Below are positions 15,198 through 34,400 of a stretch of 64,000 nucleotides of DNA, in pieces. How positions within the stretch are numbered: position 1 is the first letter of the stretch; each line of letters begins with the position of its first letter. The notes below the pieces were generated by a model. The model was not told where the DNA came from. It saw only the letters and a program-made list of their open reading frames with translations, and searched no databases. This stretch comes from the human T2T-CHM13v2.0 reference genome, Homo sapiens. Position numbers and translations under genes: made by a program. The DNA lies in the NCBI RefSeq assembly GCF_009914755.1, contig NC_060938.1; one strand, given 5' to 3'.

Positions 15198-18100
15198 GAA
15201 ACATCTCTGAACTGATCAACAAAGTGAGGTAACACTTGTCTAGGCTGTGCCTGCAGGGGCTTTGTGACATATCTGTGCACTGATCACCCAGGTGATGGGA
15301 TTTTTCCTAGGCTCTGCCTATGGGGGCATTGTGACATATCTCTACACTGATACCCCAGGTGACGTAACTCTTGTGTTGGATCTGCCTATGGGGTCATTGT
15401 GACATATTTCTGCAATGATCACCCAGGTGATGGGACTCTTGTCTAGGCTCTGTATATGGGGGCTTTGTGACATATCTCTGCACTGATCACCAAGGTGATG
15501 TAACGCTTGACTAGGCTCTGCCTATGGGACATAGTGACATATCACTGCATTGATCACTGAGGTGATGTAACTCTTGTCAAGGCTCTGCCTATAGGGGGCC
15601 TTGTGACATATCTCTGCACTGATCACCCAGGTGATATAACTCTTGTCTAGGCCCTGCCTACAGGGGGCTTGTGACATATCTCTGCACTGATCACCCAGGT
15701 GATATAACTCTTCTCTAGGAACTGCCTACAGGGTGCTTAGTGACATATCCCTGCAATGATCACCTAGGTGATATACCACTTGTCAAAGCTCTGCCTACAG
15801 GGGCATTGTGACAGAACTCTGCACTGATCACCCAGGTGATGGGACTCATGTCTAGGCTCTGCCAACAGTGGCATTGTGACATATCTCTGCACTGATCACC
15901 CAGGTGATGCAAATCTTTTCTAGGATCTGCCTACAGGGTTCTTTGTGACATATCCCTGCAATGATCACCCAGGTGATGTAGCACTCGTCAAGGCTCTGCC
16001 TACAGGCACATTGCGATGTATCTCTGCACTGATCACCTAGGTCATATAACTCTTGTCTAGGCTCTGCCTACAGTGGCATTGTAACTTATCTCTGCACTGA
16101 TCATCCAAGTGATGTAAACCTTGTCTAGGATCTGCCTAAAGGGACTTTGTGACATTAATCTGCACTGATCATCCAGGTGACGGGGCTGTTGTCTATACTC
16201 TGCCTAGAGAGAGATTTGTGACATATCTCTGCTCTGATCGCCCAGGTGATGGAAGTCTTGTCTAGGCTCTGTCTATGGGGACATTGTGTAAAATAACTGC
16301 ACTGATCACCCAGGTGATGTAACTCTTTTCTAGGCTCTGTCTACAGGGATTTTAGTGACATATCACAGCACTGATCACCTAGATGATGTAAGCCTTGTAT
16401 GGGCTTTGCCTACAGAAGGCTTTGTGACATATCTCTGCACTGATCTCTGAGGTGATGCAACTCTTGTCTAGGCACTGCCTACAGGGGACATTTGTACATA
16501 TCTCTGCACTAATCACCCAGGTGATGGACTCTTGTCTTAGATCTGCCTACATGGACATTGTGATACATCTCTGAACTGATCAACCAAGTGATGAAACTCT
16601 TGTCTGGGCTCTGCCCACAGGGGCTTTGTGACACATCTCTGCACTGATCACCCTGGGGAGGGAACATTTGTCTATGCTCTGCCTACAGGAGGCTTTATGA
16701 CTTATACCTGCACTGATAACCTAGGTGATGTAACACTTGTCTAGGCTCTGCCTACACGGGAATTCTCACATAACTCTGCACTGATCACACAGGTGACTGA
16801 CTCTTGTCTTGGATCTGCCTATGGGGGCATTGTGACATATCTCTGCACTGATCACCCAGGTGATGTAACTGTTGTACAAGCTCTGCCTACAGGGGCATGG
16901 TGAGAGATCTCGCCACTGATCACCCAAGTGATGTAACTATTGTCTAGGCTTTGCCTACAGGGGGCTTTGTGACATACCTTTGCACTGATCCCCAAGGTGA
17001 TGTATCTCATCTAAGTTCTGCCTACAGGAGCTTTGTGACATATCTCTGCACTGATCACTTCAGTGATGTAACAGTTTTATAAGCACTGACTACAGGGAAT
17101 TTTGACAAATATCTGCACTGATCACGTAGGTGTTGTAACTTTTGTCTACCCTCTACCCAAAGGGGGCATTGTGACATATCTCTTCACTGATCACCCAGGT
17201 GATGTAACTGTTGTACAAGCTCTGCCTACAGGGGCATGGTGAGAGATCTCGCCACTGATCACCCAAGTGATGTAACTATTCTCTAGGCTTTGCCTACAGG
17301 GGGCTTTGTGACATACCTTTGCACTGATCCTCAAGGTGATGTATCTCATCTAAGTTTTGCCTACAGGAGCTTTTTGACATATCTCTGCGCTGATCACTTC
17401 GGTGATGTAACAGTTTTATAAGCACTGACTACAGGGAATTTTGACAAATATCTGCACTGATCACGTAGGTGTTGTAACTTTTGTCTACCCTCTGCCCAAA
17501 GCGGGCATTGTGAAATATCTCTGCACTGATCACCCAGGTGATTCAACTCTTGTCTAGGATCTGCCTACAGGGGCATTTTAACATATCGCTGCACTGATCA
17601 CCGAGATGATGTAACTATTGTATAGGCTTCGCCGACAGGGGGCATTGAGATATATGTTTGCACTGATCACCGAGTTGATGCCACTATTTTCTGGGATCTG
17701 CTTACATTGGGCACTGTGACATATCTCTGCCCTGATCACCCAGGTGATGTAACTCTTGTCTTGCCTCTGCTTACTGGGGACATTGTGACATGTCTCCAAA
17801 CTGATCAGCCAGGTGAAGTCACTTTTGTTCAAGGATATGGCTACAGGACATTGTGACATGTCATTGCACTGATCACACAGCTGATGTAACTCTTGTCTAG
17901 GCTCTGGCTACAGGGGGCTTGTAACACATCTCTGCACTGATCACCCAGGTGATGTAACCATTTTCTAGGCTCTGCCAAAATGGGGCATTGTGACATAACT
18001 CTGCACTGATCACCCAGGTGATGGGATTCTTGTCTAGGCTCTGCCTACAGGAGCATTGTGACATATCTCTGCAGTGATCACGCAAGTGATGCAACTCTTG

Positions 18101-19585
18101 TCTATATCTGCCTACTGGCGGCCTTGTGGCATATTTCTGCACTGATCACCCAGGTGATGGACCCTTGTCTTGGATCTGCCTTTGGGGGCATAGTGACACA
18201 TGTCTGCACTGATCACTCATGTGATGTAACGCTTGTCTTAGCTGAGCCTGAAGGGGAATTGTGACAGATATCTCCACTGATCACCCAGGTGATGTAACAA
18301 TTTTCTGGGATTTGTCTACAGGGGGCTTTTTGACATATCTTTGCACTGATCACCCAGGATATGTAACTCTTGTCTAGGCTCATCCTACAGGGGCTTTGTG
18401 ACATATTTCTGTACTGATCACCCAGGTGATGTAACTCTTGTCTAGGCTCCACCTTCAGGGGTTGTTGTGACGTATCTCTGCACTGATCACCCAGGTGATG
18501 TAACTCTTGTCTAGGCTCCACCTACAGGGGGTATTGCGACGTATCTCTGCACTGATCACCCAGGTGATGTAACATTTATCTAGGCTCTGCCTACAGTGGC
18601 GTTTTGACATAGCTCTGCACAGATCACCTGGGTTATGTAACCCTTGTCCACTCTCCGCCTACAGGGGCATTGTGAATTATCTCTGCACTGATCACCCAGG
18701 TGATGGGACTCTTCTCTATACTCTGCCTAGAGGGCGTTTGGGACATATCTCTGCACTGATAACCAAGGTGATGGAAGTCTTCTCCAGGCTCTGTCTATGG
18801 GGGCATTGTGTCAAATATCTGCACTGATCACCCAGGTGATGTAACTCTTTCCTAGGCTCTGTCTACAGGGATATTTGTGTCATATCACTGCACTGATCAC
18901 CTAGGAGATGTAAGCCTTGTATGGGCTTTGCCTACAGAACGCTTTGTGACATATCTATGCACTGATCTCCGAGGTGATGCAACTCTTGTCTAGGCACTGC
19001 CTACAGGGGACATTGGTACATATCTCTGCACTGATCACCCAGGTGATGGACTCTTGTCTTAGATCTGCCTACATGGACATTGTGACACATCTCTGAACTG
19101 ATCGACCAAGTGATGAAATTCTTGTCTAGGCTCTGCCTACATGGGCTTTGTGACACATCTCTGCACTGATCACCCTGGAGAGGGAACTCTTCTCTACACT
19201 CTGCCTAAAGGAGGCTTTATGACTTATACCTGCACTGATAACCTAGGTGATGTAACACTTGTCTAGGCTCTGCCTACACGAGAATTCTCACATATCTCTG
19301 CTGTGATCACCCAGGTGATGTAACTCCTGTCTAGTTTCAGCCTATAGGAGCGTTTTGACATATCTCTGCACTGGTCACCCAGGTGATGTAACCCTTGTCT
19401 AAGCTCTGCCTACAGGGGCATTGTGACAGATCTCTCCACTGCTCACCCAGGTGATGTAACCCTTGTCTAAGCTCTGCCTACAGGGGCATTGTGACAGATC
19501 TCTCCACTGCTCACCCCGGTGATGTAACAATCCTCTGGGCTTTTCCTCCAGCGGACTTTATGATACAGGCGGCTTTGCCTGGGGC
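15198..19585 (-). repeat. Beta-satellite array (~4.4 kb)
   Basis: Tandem 68-bp monomers. Confidence 0.97.
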
Positions 19586-20082
<497 letters not shown>

Positions 20083-21719
20083 CGACGAGCCCTGGGACAG
20101 CCCGCCCCACCCCGGAAGTGTCCCAATACATCGAGGCCTGCGGCCGGGGGCTGGTGTGGTTGGGGGGGAGGGCGTGATGATGGCGGTGGTGGGGCCAGAG
20201 AGACCAAGAGGAAGGGGGCTAGGGGGAAGGGGTGAGGGGGGCGCTTTGTGGGAGCTTGCTCTCCGGACCTCTCCAGGAATCCCGCAGGAACTGGAAGCCA
20301 CTCTCTGGGCTCCCACGCTTCTTCAGCAGGGAGAAACCAGCCTGGGAGGGTGGAGGGGGGTGTGGAACTGAACCTCCGTGGGAGTCTTGAGTGTTCCAGG
20401 CCCTCTCTCCGTGAAGGAGGCAGTGCCTGTGGGTGTCGCCGTTGCCAGGACAGTCTCACACACGCAGGCATGTGGCTCTCGTTCATTTCCACGTAGGAGA
20501 CCAGAGCGAGAACCCAGAGAGAAGATGCCACCCCGGCGTGATGACCTGACGATGGATTCACGTGTGCGGCAACATGGGGAGTCTGCAGTATGGCCAGTTG
20601 GGAAACTGGCAAGGAGAGCGAAGGCACCATGCCGGTGTTCCACCCTTCCCTGCATGTTTCCAGGTGCCCGCAGAGCTCCGGGAGCAAACAGTCAGCATGG
20701 CCAGCTTTTCGGGGGCCGGAGAGATGTGAGCAACAGGCCGTCTTGCACAGGGCAAAGCTACGCGGAAACCAAAATCATGCCTCTGTCGTCCCGAGTGTGT
20801 CTCTTCCGTGGTCAGGGCTGTCAGCCTCACGCTCCGTTGCGGGACTCAGCCTGGGTATGTGCAGTCTGTGAACCATGAGGGTGAAAACCCGACGGCAACC
20901 CGAGTCCCGGTCTTTTGTCTCTGAGGAAACCGCCCATTCCCTGGGCCAAGGAATCGGGGAGAATGAGTGCCCCGCCGGCCGACGTGGCGGCTGTGGGCCG
21001 AGCCCTCAGCCCGCGCCGGAAGCTTACCATTTTACCGGAGGGCGGGGGTCCCGTTCCTCCCCGAGGCCGAAGACCGCTTTTCCTCTGTGCCTTCCTCCCT
21101 CTGTCCCCGGCTCCCTCCCGCCTGTCCCCAGTCCCTGTGTTGCTCTGTCTTTCCCTCCGTTCCTCCCTGCCTCCCTCCCTCCCTCCCTGCTAACGTCCCT
21201 CCACCCATCCTTCCACCCCTCTAGGTCTCCCGTTCCTCTCTCCATCTCTGCCCGCCTTCCCTCCCACCTGGAACGCTCAGCGTCACCGGTGTTCACCGGG
21301 CTTGGGGTCTGCGTTCCACCGCCAAGCGCTCTATGGTGGCAGCTGGGTGGCTGCAGAGGCACCAGCGGGCCGGCGATGGTGGCGCGGAGGCACAGAGGAG
21401 GTGAGCCGCCGGAGGCGTGTCAGGCCTGGACGCTGCAAGGGCCCGGTGTTTCGCTGGATGGGGGTCTCCACCCAGCCCAGAGGAGGACGCATTTTCCGGG
21501 GTGGGTGGTGGGGGTTGGTAGGGGGTGGTCAGGAGGGGTTGGTGTGTTGGAAAGGCATGAGAGCTCTGCCTGGGCTGCTGTCACAGCCCAGGCAGCTGCC
21601 CGCAAACCCGTGCCTGCGCAGTAGGCGGCCCATCTTTTGGTACCTGGGCCGGCTCTGGGATCCCCGGGATGCCCAGGAAAGAATGGCAGTTCTCCGCTGT
21701 GTGGAGCCTCTCACCAGGC

Positions 21720-23100
<1,381 letters not shown>

Positions 23101-23716
23101 CGGTGAGCCTTGGGACTGCCCGCCCCACATCGGAAGGTTCCCAGGGCGTCGAGGCCTATGGTCGGGGGATGGTTTGGTGGGGGGGGAGGGCGTGGTGATG
23201 GTGGTGGTGGGGCCAGACAGACGAAGAGGAAGGGGGCGAGGGGGAAGGGGTGAGGGCGGCGCGTTTCGGGGGCAGGCTCTCCGGACCTCTCTGGGAATCC
23301 CGCGGGAACTGGAAGGCGCTCTCTGCGCTCCCATGCATCTTCAGCAGGGAGAAACCGGCCTGGGAGGGTGGAGGGGAGTGTGGAACTGAACCTCCGTGGG
23401 AGTCTGGAGTGTTCCAGACCTTATCTCCGTGAAGGAGGCAGTGCCTGTGTGTGTAGCCATTGCTGGGACAGTCTCACACGCTCAGGCTTGTGGCTCTCGT
23501 TCATTTCTATGTAGGAGACCAGAGAGAGATCCCAGAGAGAAGATGCATCCCCGGCGTGATGGCCTGAGGATAGATTCCCGTGTGCGGCAACATGGGGAGT
23601 CTGCAGTGTGGCCGGTTTGGAAACTGGCAAGGAGAGCGTTGGCACCATGCCGGTCTTCCACCCTTCCCTGCATATTTCCGGGTGCCCGCAGAGCTCCGGG
23701 AGCAAACAGTCAGTAT

Positions 23717-26700
23717 GAGACATCTCTGAACTGATCAACAAAGTGATGTAACCCTTGTCTAGGCTCTGCCTACAGGGGCTTTGTGACATATCTCCGCACT
23801 GATCACCCAGGTGATGGGACTTTTGTCCAGGCTCTGCCTATGGGGGCATTGTGACATATCTCTACACTGATCTCCCATGTGATGTAACACTTGTGCTGGA
23901 TCTGCGTATGGGGGCATTGTGACATATTTCTGCACTGATCACCTAGGTGATGGGACTCTTGTCTAGGTTCTGTGTATTGCGGGCTTTGTGACATATCTCT
24001 GCACTGATCACCCAGGTGATGTAACGCATGACTAGGCTCTGCCTATGGGGCATAGTGACATATCACTGCATTGATCACCGAGGTGATGTAACTCTGGTCC
24101 AGGCTCTGCCTATAGGGGTTCTTGTGACATATCTCTGCACTGATCATCTAGGTGACGTATCTCTTGCTTACGCTCTGCCTGCAGGGGCATTGTGAAATAT
24201 CTCTGCACTGATCACCCAGGTGATGGGACTCTTCTCTATGCTCTGCATACTGGGGCCATTGTCACATATGTCTGCATTGATCACCCTGGTGACGGAATCA
24301 TGTCTTGGATTTGCCTATGGGGGCATTGTGACATATCTCTGAACTGATCACCCAGGTGATATAACGCATGACTAGGCTCTGCCTATGGGGCATAGTGACA
24401 TATCACTGCATTGATCACCGAGGTGATGTAACTCTGGTCCAGGCTTTGCCTATAGGGGTTCTTGTGACATATCTCTGCACTGATCATCTAGGTGATGTAT
24501 CTCTTGCTTACGCTCTGCCTGCAGGGGCATTGTGAAATATCTCTGCACTGATCACCCAGGTGATGGGACTCTTCTCTATGCTCTGCATACTGGGGCCATT
24601 GTCACATATGTCTGCATTGATCACCCTGGTGATGGAATCATGTCTTGGATTTGCCTATGGGGGCATTGTGACATATCTCTGAACTGATCACCCAGGTCAT
24701 GTAACTCTGGTCTAAGCTCTGCCTAAAGGGGCATTGTGACATATCTCTGCACTGATCACTCCGGTGATGTAACTATTGTCTAGGCTCTGCTTAAAGGGGC
24801 CTTTTCACATATCTCTGCACTGATCACCGAAGTGATGTAACACTTGTCTAGGCTCTGCTTACAGGGGTATTGTGACATATCTCTGCACTGATCACCTAAG
24901 TGATGTAACACTTGCGTAGGCTCTGCCTACAGGGGCATTTTGACATATCTCTGCACTGTTAACCGAGGTGATATAACACTTCTCTAGGCTGTGCCCACAG
25001 GGGGATTGAGACATATCTCTACACTGATCCCGAGGTGATCCACGTCTGGCCTGGTCTCTGCCTACTGGGGACATTGTGACATATCTATGCACTAATCTCC
25101 CAGGTGTAGTAACTTTAGTCTAGGCTCTGGCTACACGGCATTGTGATATATCACTGCACTGATCACCCAGGTGATATAACTCTTGTCTATGCTCTGCCTA
25201 CGTGGGTCGTGTGATATATCTCTACACTGATCACCCAGGTGATATAACTCTTATTTAGGATCTGCCTACAGGGTGCTTTGTGACATATCTCTGCAATGAT
25301 CACCCAGGTGATATACCACTTGTCAAGGCTCTGCCTACAGGGGCATTACGATGTATCTCTGCACTGATCACCTAGGTCATGTAACTCTTGTCTAGGCTCT
25401 GCCTACAGTGGCATTGTGACATATCTCTGCACTGATCACCCAGGTGATATAACTCTTTTCTTGGATCGGCCTACAGGGTGCTTTGTGACATATCCCTGCA
25501 ATGATCACCCAGGTGATGTACCACTTGTCAAGGCTCTGCCTACAGGGACATTGCGATGTATCTCTGCACTGATCACCTAGGTCATGTAACAGTTGTTTAG
25601 GCTCTGCCTACAGAGGCATTGTGACATATCTCTGCACTGATCATCCAAGTGATGTAACACTTGTCTAGGATCTGCCTAAAGGGACTTTGTGACATAACTC
25701 TGCACTGATCATCCAGGTGATGGGGCTTTTGTCTAGGATCTGCCTAAGGGGGAATTGTGACATATTACTTCACTGATCGATCACCCAGGTGACGGACTCT
25801 TGTCTTGGATCTGCCTTTGGGGGCCCTGTGACATATCTATGCACTGATCACCCAGCTGATGTAACTGTTGTACAAGCTCTGGCTACCGGGGAATTGTGAG
25901 AGATCTCACTACTGATCACCCAAGTGATGTAACTATTGTCTACGCTTTGCCTACAGGGGGCTTTGTGATATATATTTGCACCGATCACCCAGGTGATGTA
26001 ACTCTTTTCTTGTCTCTGCCTACAGAGGGCGTTGTGACATCACTCTGCACGGATCACCTGGGTTATGTAACTCTTGTCTAGGCTCTGCCTACGGGGGCAT
26101 TGTGACTTATCTCTGCACTGATCACCCAGGAGATGTGACTCTTGTCTAAGCTCTCCCTAGAGGTACATTCGGATATATCCCTGCACTGATCGCTGAGGTG
26201 AAGTAAAACTTGTCTAGACTTTGCCTACAGTGGGATTTATGACATATATCTGCACTGATCACCCAGGTGATGTAACTCTTCTCTAGGCTCTGCTTACAGT
26301 GGGTATTGTGAGATATCTCTGCACTGATCACCTAGGTGATGTAACTCTTGTCTAGGCTCTGCCTACAGGGGCATTTTAACATATCACTTCACTGATCACC
26401 GAGATGATGGAACTCTTGTATAGGTTATACCGACAGGGGGCATTGAGACATATCTCTGCACTGATCACCGAGGTGATGCCACTCTTGCCTGGGATCTGCT
26501 TACAGGGGGCATTGTGACAATATCTCTGCCCTGATCACCCAGGTGATGTAACTCTTGTCTAGGCTCTGCCTACTGGAGACATTGTGACATATCTGTGCAC
26601 TAATCACCCAAGTGATGTCACATTTGTCAAGGATATGGCTGCAGGGATATTGTGACATGTCACTGCAATGATCTCACAGCTGATGTTACTTTTGTCTAGG

Positions 26701-28693
26701 CTCTGGCTACAGGGGCTTGTGACACATCTCTGCACTGATCACCCAGGTGATGTATCCCTTGTGTAGGCTCTGCCAAAAGGGGGCATTGTGACATAACTCT
26801 GCACTGATCACCCAGGTGATGGGACTCTTGTCTAGGCTCTGCCGACAGGGGCATTGTGACATATCTCTGCAGTGATCACGCAGGTGATGTAACTCTTGTC
26901 TATATCTGCCTACTGGCGGCATTGTGGCATATTTCTGCACTGATCACGCAGGTGATGGACTCTTGTCTTGGATCGCCTATGGGGGCATAGTGTCATAAGT
27001 CTGCACTGATCACTCATGTGATGTAATGCTTGTCTAAGCTGCGCCTAAAAGGGAATTGTGACAGATATCTCCACTAATCACCCAGGTGATGTAACAATTT
27101 TCTGGGATTTGTCTACAGGGGGCTTTGTGACTTATCTTTGAACTGATCACCCAGGTGATGTAACTCTTGTCTAGGCTCGGCCTACATGGGCTTTGTGACA
27201 TATTTCTGCACTGATCACCTAGGTTATGTAACTGTTGTCTTGGCTCCAACTTCAGGGGTTGTTGTGACATAGCTCTGCACTGATCACCCAGCTGATGTAA
27301 CTCCTGTCTACGCTCCACCTACAGGGGGTATTGAGATGTATCTCTGCAGTGATCACCCAGGTGATGTAACATTTATCTAGGCTCTGTCTACAGGGGCGTT
27401 TTTACATAGCTCTGCACATATCACCTGGGTTATGTATCTCTAGTCCACTCTCTGCCTACAGGGAGCTTTGTGAAATATCTCTGCCCTGATCACCAAGGTG
27501 ATGGGACTCTTCTCTATACTCTGCCTATAGAGGGATTTGTGACATCTCTCTGCACTGATCACCCAGGTGATGGAAGTCTTGTCTAGGCTCTGTCTATGGG
27601 GGCATTATGTCAAATATCTGCACCGATCACCCAGGTGATGTAACTCTTTTCTAGGCTCTGTCTACAGGGATTTTTGTGACATATCACTGTACTGATCACC
27701 TAGGTGATGTAAGCCTTGTATGGGCTTTGCCTACAGAACGCTTTGTGACATATCTATGCACTGATCTCCGAGGTGATGCAACTCTTGTCTAGGCACTGCC
27801 TACAGGGGACATTGGTACATATCTCTGCACTGATCACCCAGGTGATGGACTCTTGTCTTATATCTGCCATCATGGGCATTGTGACACATCTCTGAACTGA
27901 TCAACCAAGTGATGAAACTCTTGTCTAGGCTCTGCTGACAGGGGTTTTGTGACACATCTCTGCACTGACCACCCTGGGGAGGGAACTCTTGTCTACGCGC
28001 TGCCTACAGGAGGCTTTATGACTTATACCTGCACTGATAACCTAGGTGATGTAACATTTGTCTAGGCTCTGCCTACACGGGAATTCTCACATATCTCTGC
28101 ACTGTTCACCCAGGTGATATAACTCCTGTCTACTTTCAGCCTACAGGAGCATTTTGACATATCTCTGCACTGATCACCTAGGTGATGTAACCCTTGTCTA
28201 AGCTCTGCCTACAGGGGCATTGTGACAGATCTCTCCACTGCTCACCCAGGTGATGTAACAATTGTCTGTGCTTTGCCAACAGGGGGCTTTGTGATATACA
28301 TTTCCACTGATCAAACAGCTGATGTAACCCTTGTCAAGGTTCTGCTTACAGGGGCTTTGTGACATATCTCTGCACTGATCACCCCAGGGAGGAAACAGTT
28401 GTCTACACTCTCCCTACAGGAGGCTTTATGACTTATCCCTGCACTGATCACTAGGTGATGTAACACTTGTCTAGGCTCTGTCTACATGGGAATTTTCACA
28501 TGTCTCTACAATGATCACCGAGGTGATGTAAATCATTTCCAGGCTGTTTGTACAGGGTACATTGTGATATATCTCTGCACTGATCACCCAAATGATGCAA
28601 ATCTTCTCTAAGCTCCGCAGGGAGGGGGCATTGTGACATATTTCTGAACTGATCATCCAGGAGATGTAACTATTCTCAAGGCTTTTACTAAAA
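23717..28693 (-). repeat. Beta-satellite array (~5.0 kb)
   Basis: Tandem 68-bp monomers. Confidence 0.97.
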
Positions 28694-31473
<2,780 letters not shown>

Positions 31474-34400
31474 GCCATATCTCTGAACTGATCAACAAAG
31501 TGAGGTAACTATTGTCTAGGCTCTGCCTACAGGGGCTTTGTGACATATCTCTGCACTGATCACCCAGGTGATGGGACTTTTGTCTATGCTCTGCCTATGG
31601 GGGCATTTTGACATATCTCTACACTGATCACCCAGGTGACGTAACCCTTGTGTTGGTTCTGCCTATGGGGGCATTGTGACATATCTCTGCACTGATCACC
31701 CAGGTGATGTAACGCTTGACTAAGCTCTGCCTTTGGGACATAGAGACATATCACTGCATTGATCACCGAGGTGATGTAACTCTTGTCCAGGCTCTGCCTA
31801 TAGGGGGGCCTTGTGACGTATCTCTGCACTGATCATCTAGGTGATGTAACTCTTGCTTACGCTCTGCCTGCAGGGGCGTTGTCACATATTTCTGCACTGA
31901 TCACCCTGGTGACGGACCCTTGTCTTGGATTTGCCTATGGGGGCATTGGGACATATCTCTGCACTGATCACCTAGGTGATGTAATTCTGGTCTAAGCTCT
32001 GCCTAAAGGGGCATTGTGACAGATCTCTGCACTGATCACTCAGGTGATGTAAATATTGTCTAGGCTCTGCTTAAACTGGCCTTGTCACATACCTATGCAC
32101 TGATCACCCTTTTGATGTAACTCTTGTCTAGGCTCTGCTTACAGGGGGTATTGTGACATATCTCCGCATTGATCACCAAAGTGATGTAACACTTGTGTAG
32201 GTTCGGCCTACAGGGGCATTTTGAAATATCTCTGCACTGTTAACCAAGGTGATGTAACTCTTGTTTAGGCTGTGCCCACAGGGGGATTGAGACATATCTC
32301 TGCATTGATCCCCAGGTGATCGAATTCTTGCCTGGTCTCTGCCTACTGGGGACATTGTGACATATCTCTGCACTGATCTCCCAGGTGTTGTAACTTTAGT
32401 CTAGACTGTGGCTACACCGCATTGTGACATATCACTGAACTGATCACCCAGGTGATATAACTCTTGTATAGGCTCTGCCTACAGGGGGCTTTTGACATAT
32501 CTCTGCACTGATCATCCAGGTGATATAACTATTCCCTAGCATCTGCCTACAGGGTGTTTTGTCACATATCCCTGCAATGATCACCATGGGGATATACCAA
32601 TTGTCCAGGCTCTGACTACAGGGGCATTACGATGTATCTGTGCACTGATCACCTAGGTCATGTAACTCTTGTCTAGGCTCTGCCTACAGTGGCATTGTGA
32701 CATGTCTCTGCACTAATCATCCAAGTGATGTAACACTTGTCTAGTATCTGCCTAAAGGGACTTTGTGACATAATTCTGCACTGATCATCTAGGTGATGGG
32801 GCTTTTGTCTAGGCTCCGCCTAAGGGGGAATTGTGACATGTTTCTGCACTGATCACCCAGGTGATGGACTCTTGTCTTGGATCTGCCTAAGGGGGTACTG
32901 TGACATATCTCTGCACTGATCACCCAGGTGATGTAACCCTTGTCTAGGCTCTGCCAAAAAGGGGCATTGTGGCATAGCTCTGCACTGATCACCCAGGTGA
33001 TGGGACTCTTGACTAAGCTCTGCCTTCAGGGGCATTGTGACATATCTCTGCAGTGATCACGCAGGTGATGTAACTCTTGTCTATATCTGCCTACTGGCGG
33101 CATTGTGGCATATTTCTGCACTGATTACCAAGGTGACGGACTCTTGTCTTGGATCTGCGTATGGGGGCATAGTGACATATCTCTGCACTGATCACTCTTG
33201 TGATGTAACGTTTGTCTAAGCAGCGACTAAAGGGGAATTGTGACAGATATATCCACTGATCACCCAGGTGATGTAACAATTTTCAGGGATTTGTCTACAG
33301 GGGGCTTTGTGACATATCTTTGCACTGATCACCCAGGAGAGGTAACAAGTCTTGTCTAGGCTGGGCCTACTGGGGCTTTGTGACATACTTCTGCATTGAT
33401 CACCCAGGTGATGTAACTCTTGCTTAGGATCTGCCTACAAGGGCTTTGTGACATATATCTGTACTGATCACCCAGGTGATATAATTCTTCTCTAGGCTCC
33501 ACCTACAGGGGGGATTGTGACGTATCTCTGCGCTGATCTCCCAGGTGATGTAACATTTATCTAGGCTCTGCCTACTTGGGCGTTTTGACATAGCTCTGCA
33601 CAGATCACCTAGGTTATGTAACTCTTGTCCACTCTCTGCCCACAGGGGGCATTGTGAAATATCTCTGCACCGATCACTCAGGTGATGGGACTCTTCTCTA
33701 TACTCTGCCTAAATGGCGATATGTGACATGTCTCTGCACTGATCACCCAGATGATGGAAGTCTTCTCTAGGCTCTGTCTATGGGGGCATTGTGTCAAATA
33801 TCTGCACTGATCACCCAGATGATGTAACTCTTTTCTAGGCTCTGTCTATAGGGATTTTTGTGACATATCACTGCACTGATCACCGAGGTAATGTAAGCCT
33901 TGTATGGGCTTTGCCTACAGAAGGCTTTGTGACATATCTATGCACTGATCTCTGAGGTGATGCAACTCTTGTGTAGGTACTGCCTACAGGGGACATTGGT
34001 ACATATCTCTGCACTGATCACCCAGGTGATGGACTCTTGACTTAGATCTGCCAACATGGACATTGTGACACATCTCTGAACTGATCAACCAAGTGATGAA
34101 ACACTTGACTAGGCTCTGCCTACAGGGGCATTGTGAAACATCTCTTCACTGATCACCCTGGGGAGGGAACTCTTGTGTACACTCTGCCTACAGGAGTCTT
34201 TATGACTTATGCCTGCACTGATAACCTGGGTGATGTAACACTTGTCTAGACTCTGCCTACATGGGAATTCTCACAAATCTCTGCACTGATCACCTAGGTG
34301 ACGGACTGTTGTCTTGGATCTGCCTATGGGGGAATTGTGACATATCTCTACACTGATAACCCAGGTGATGTAACTGTTGTATAAGCTCTGCCTACAGGGG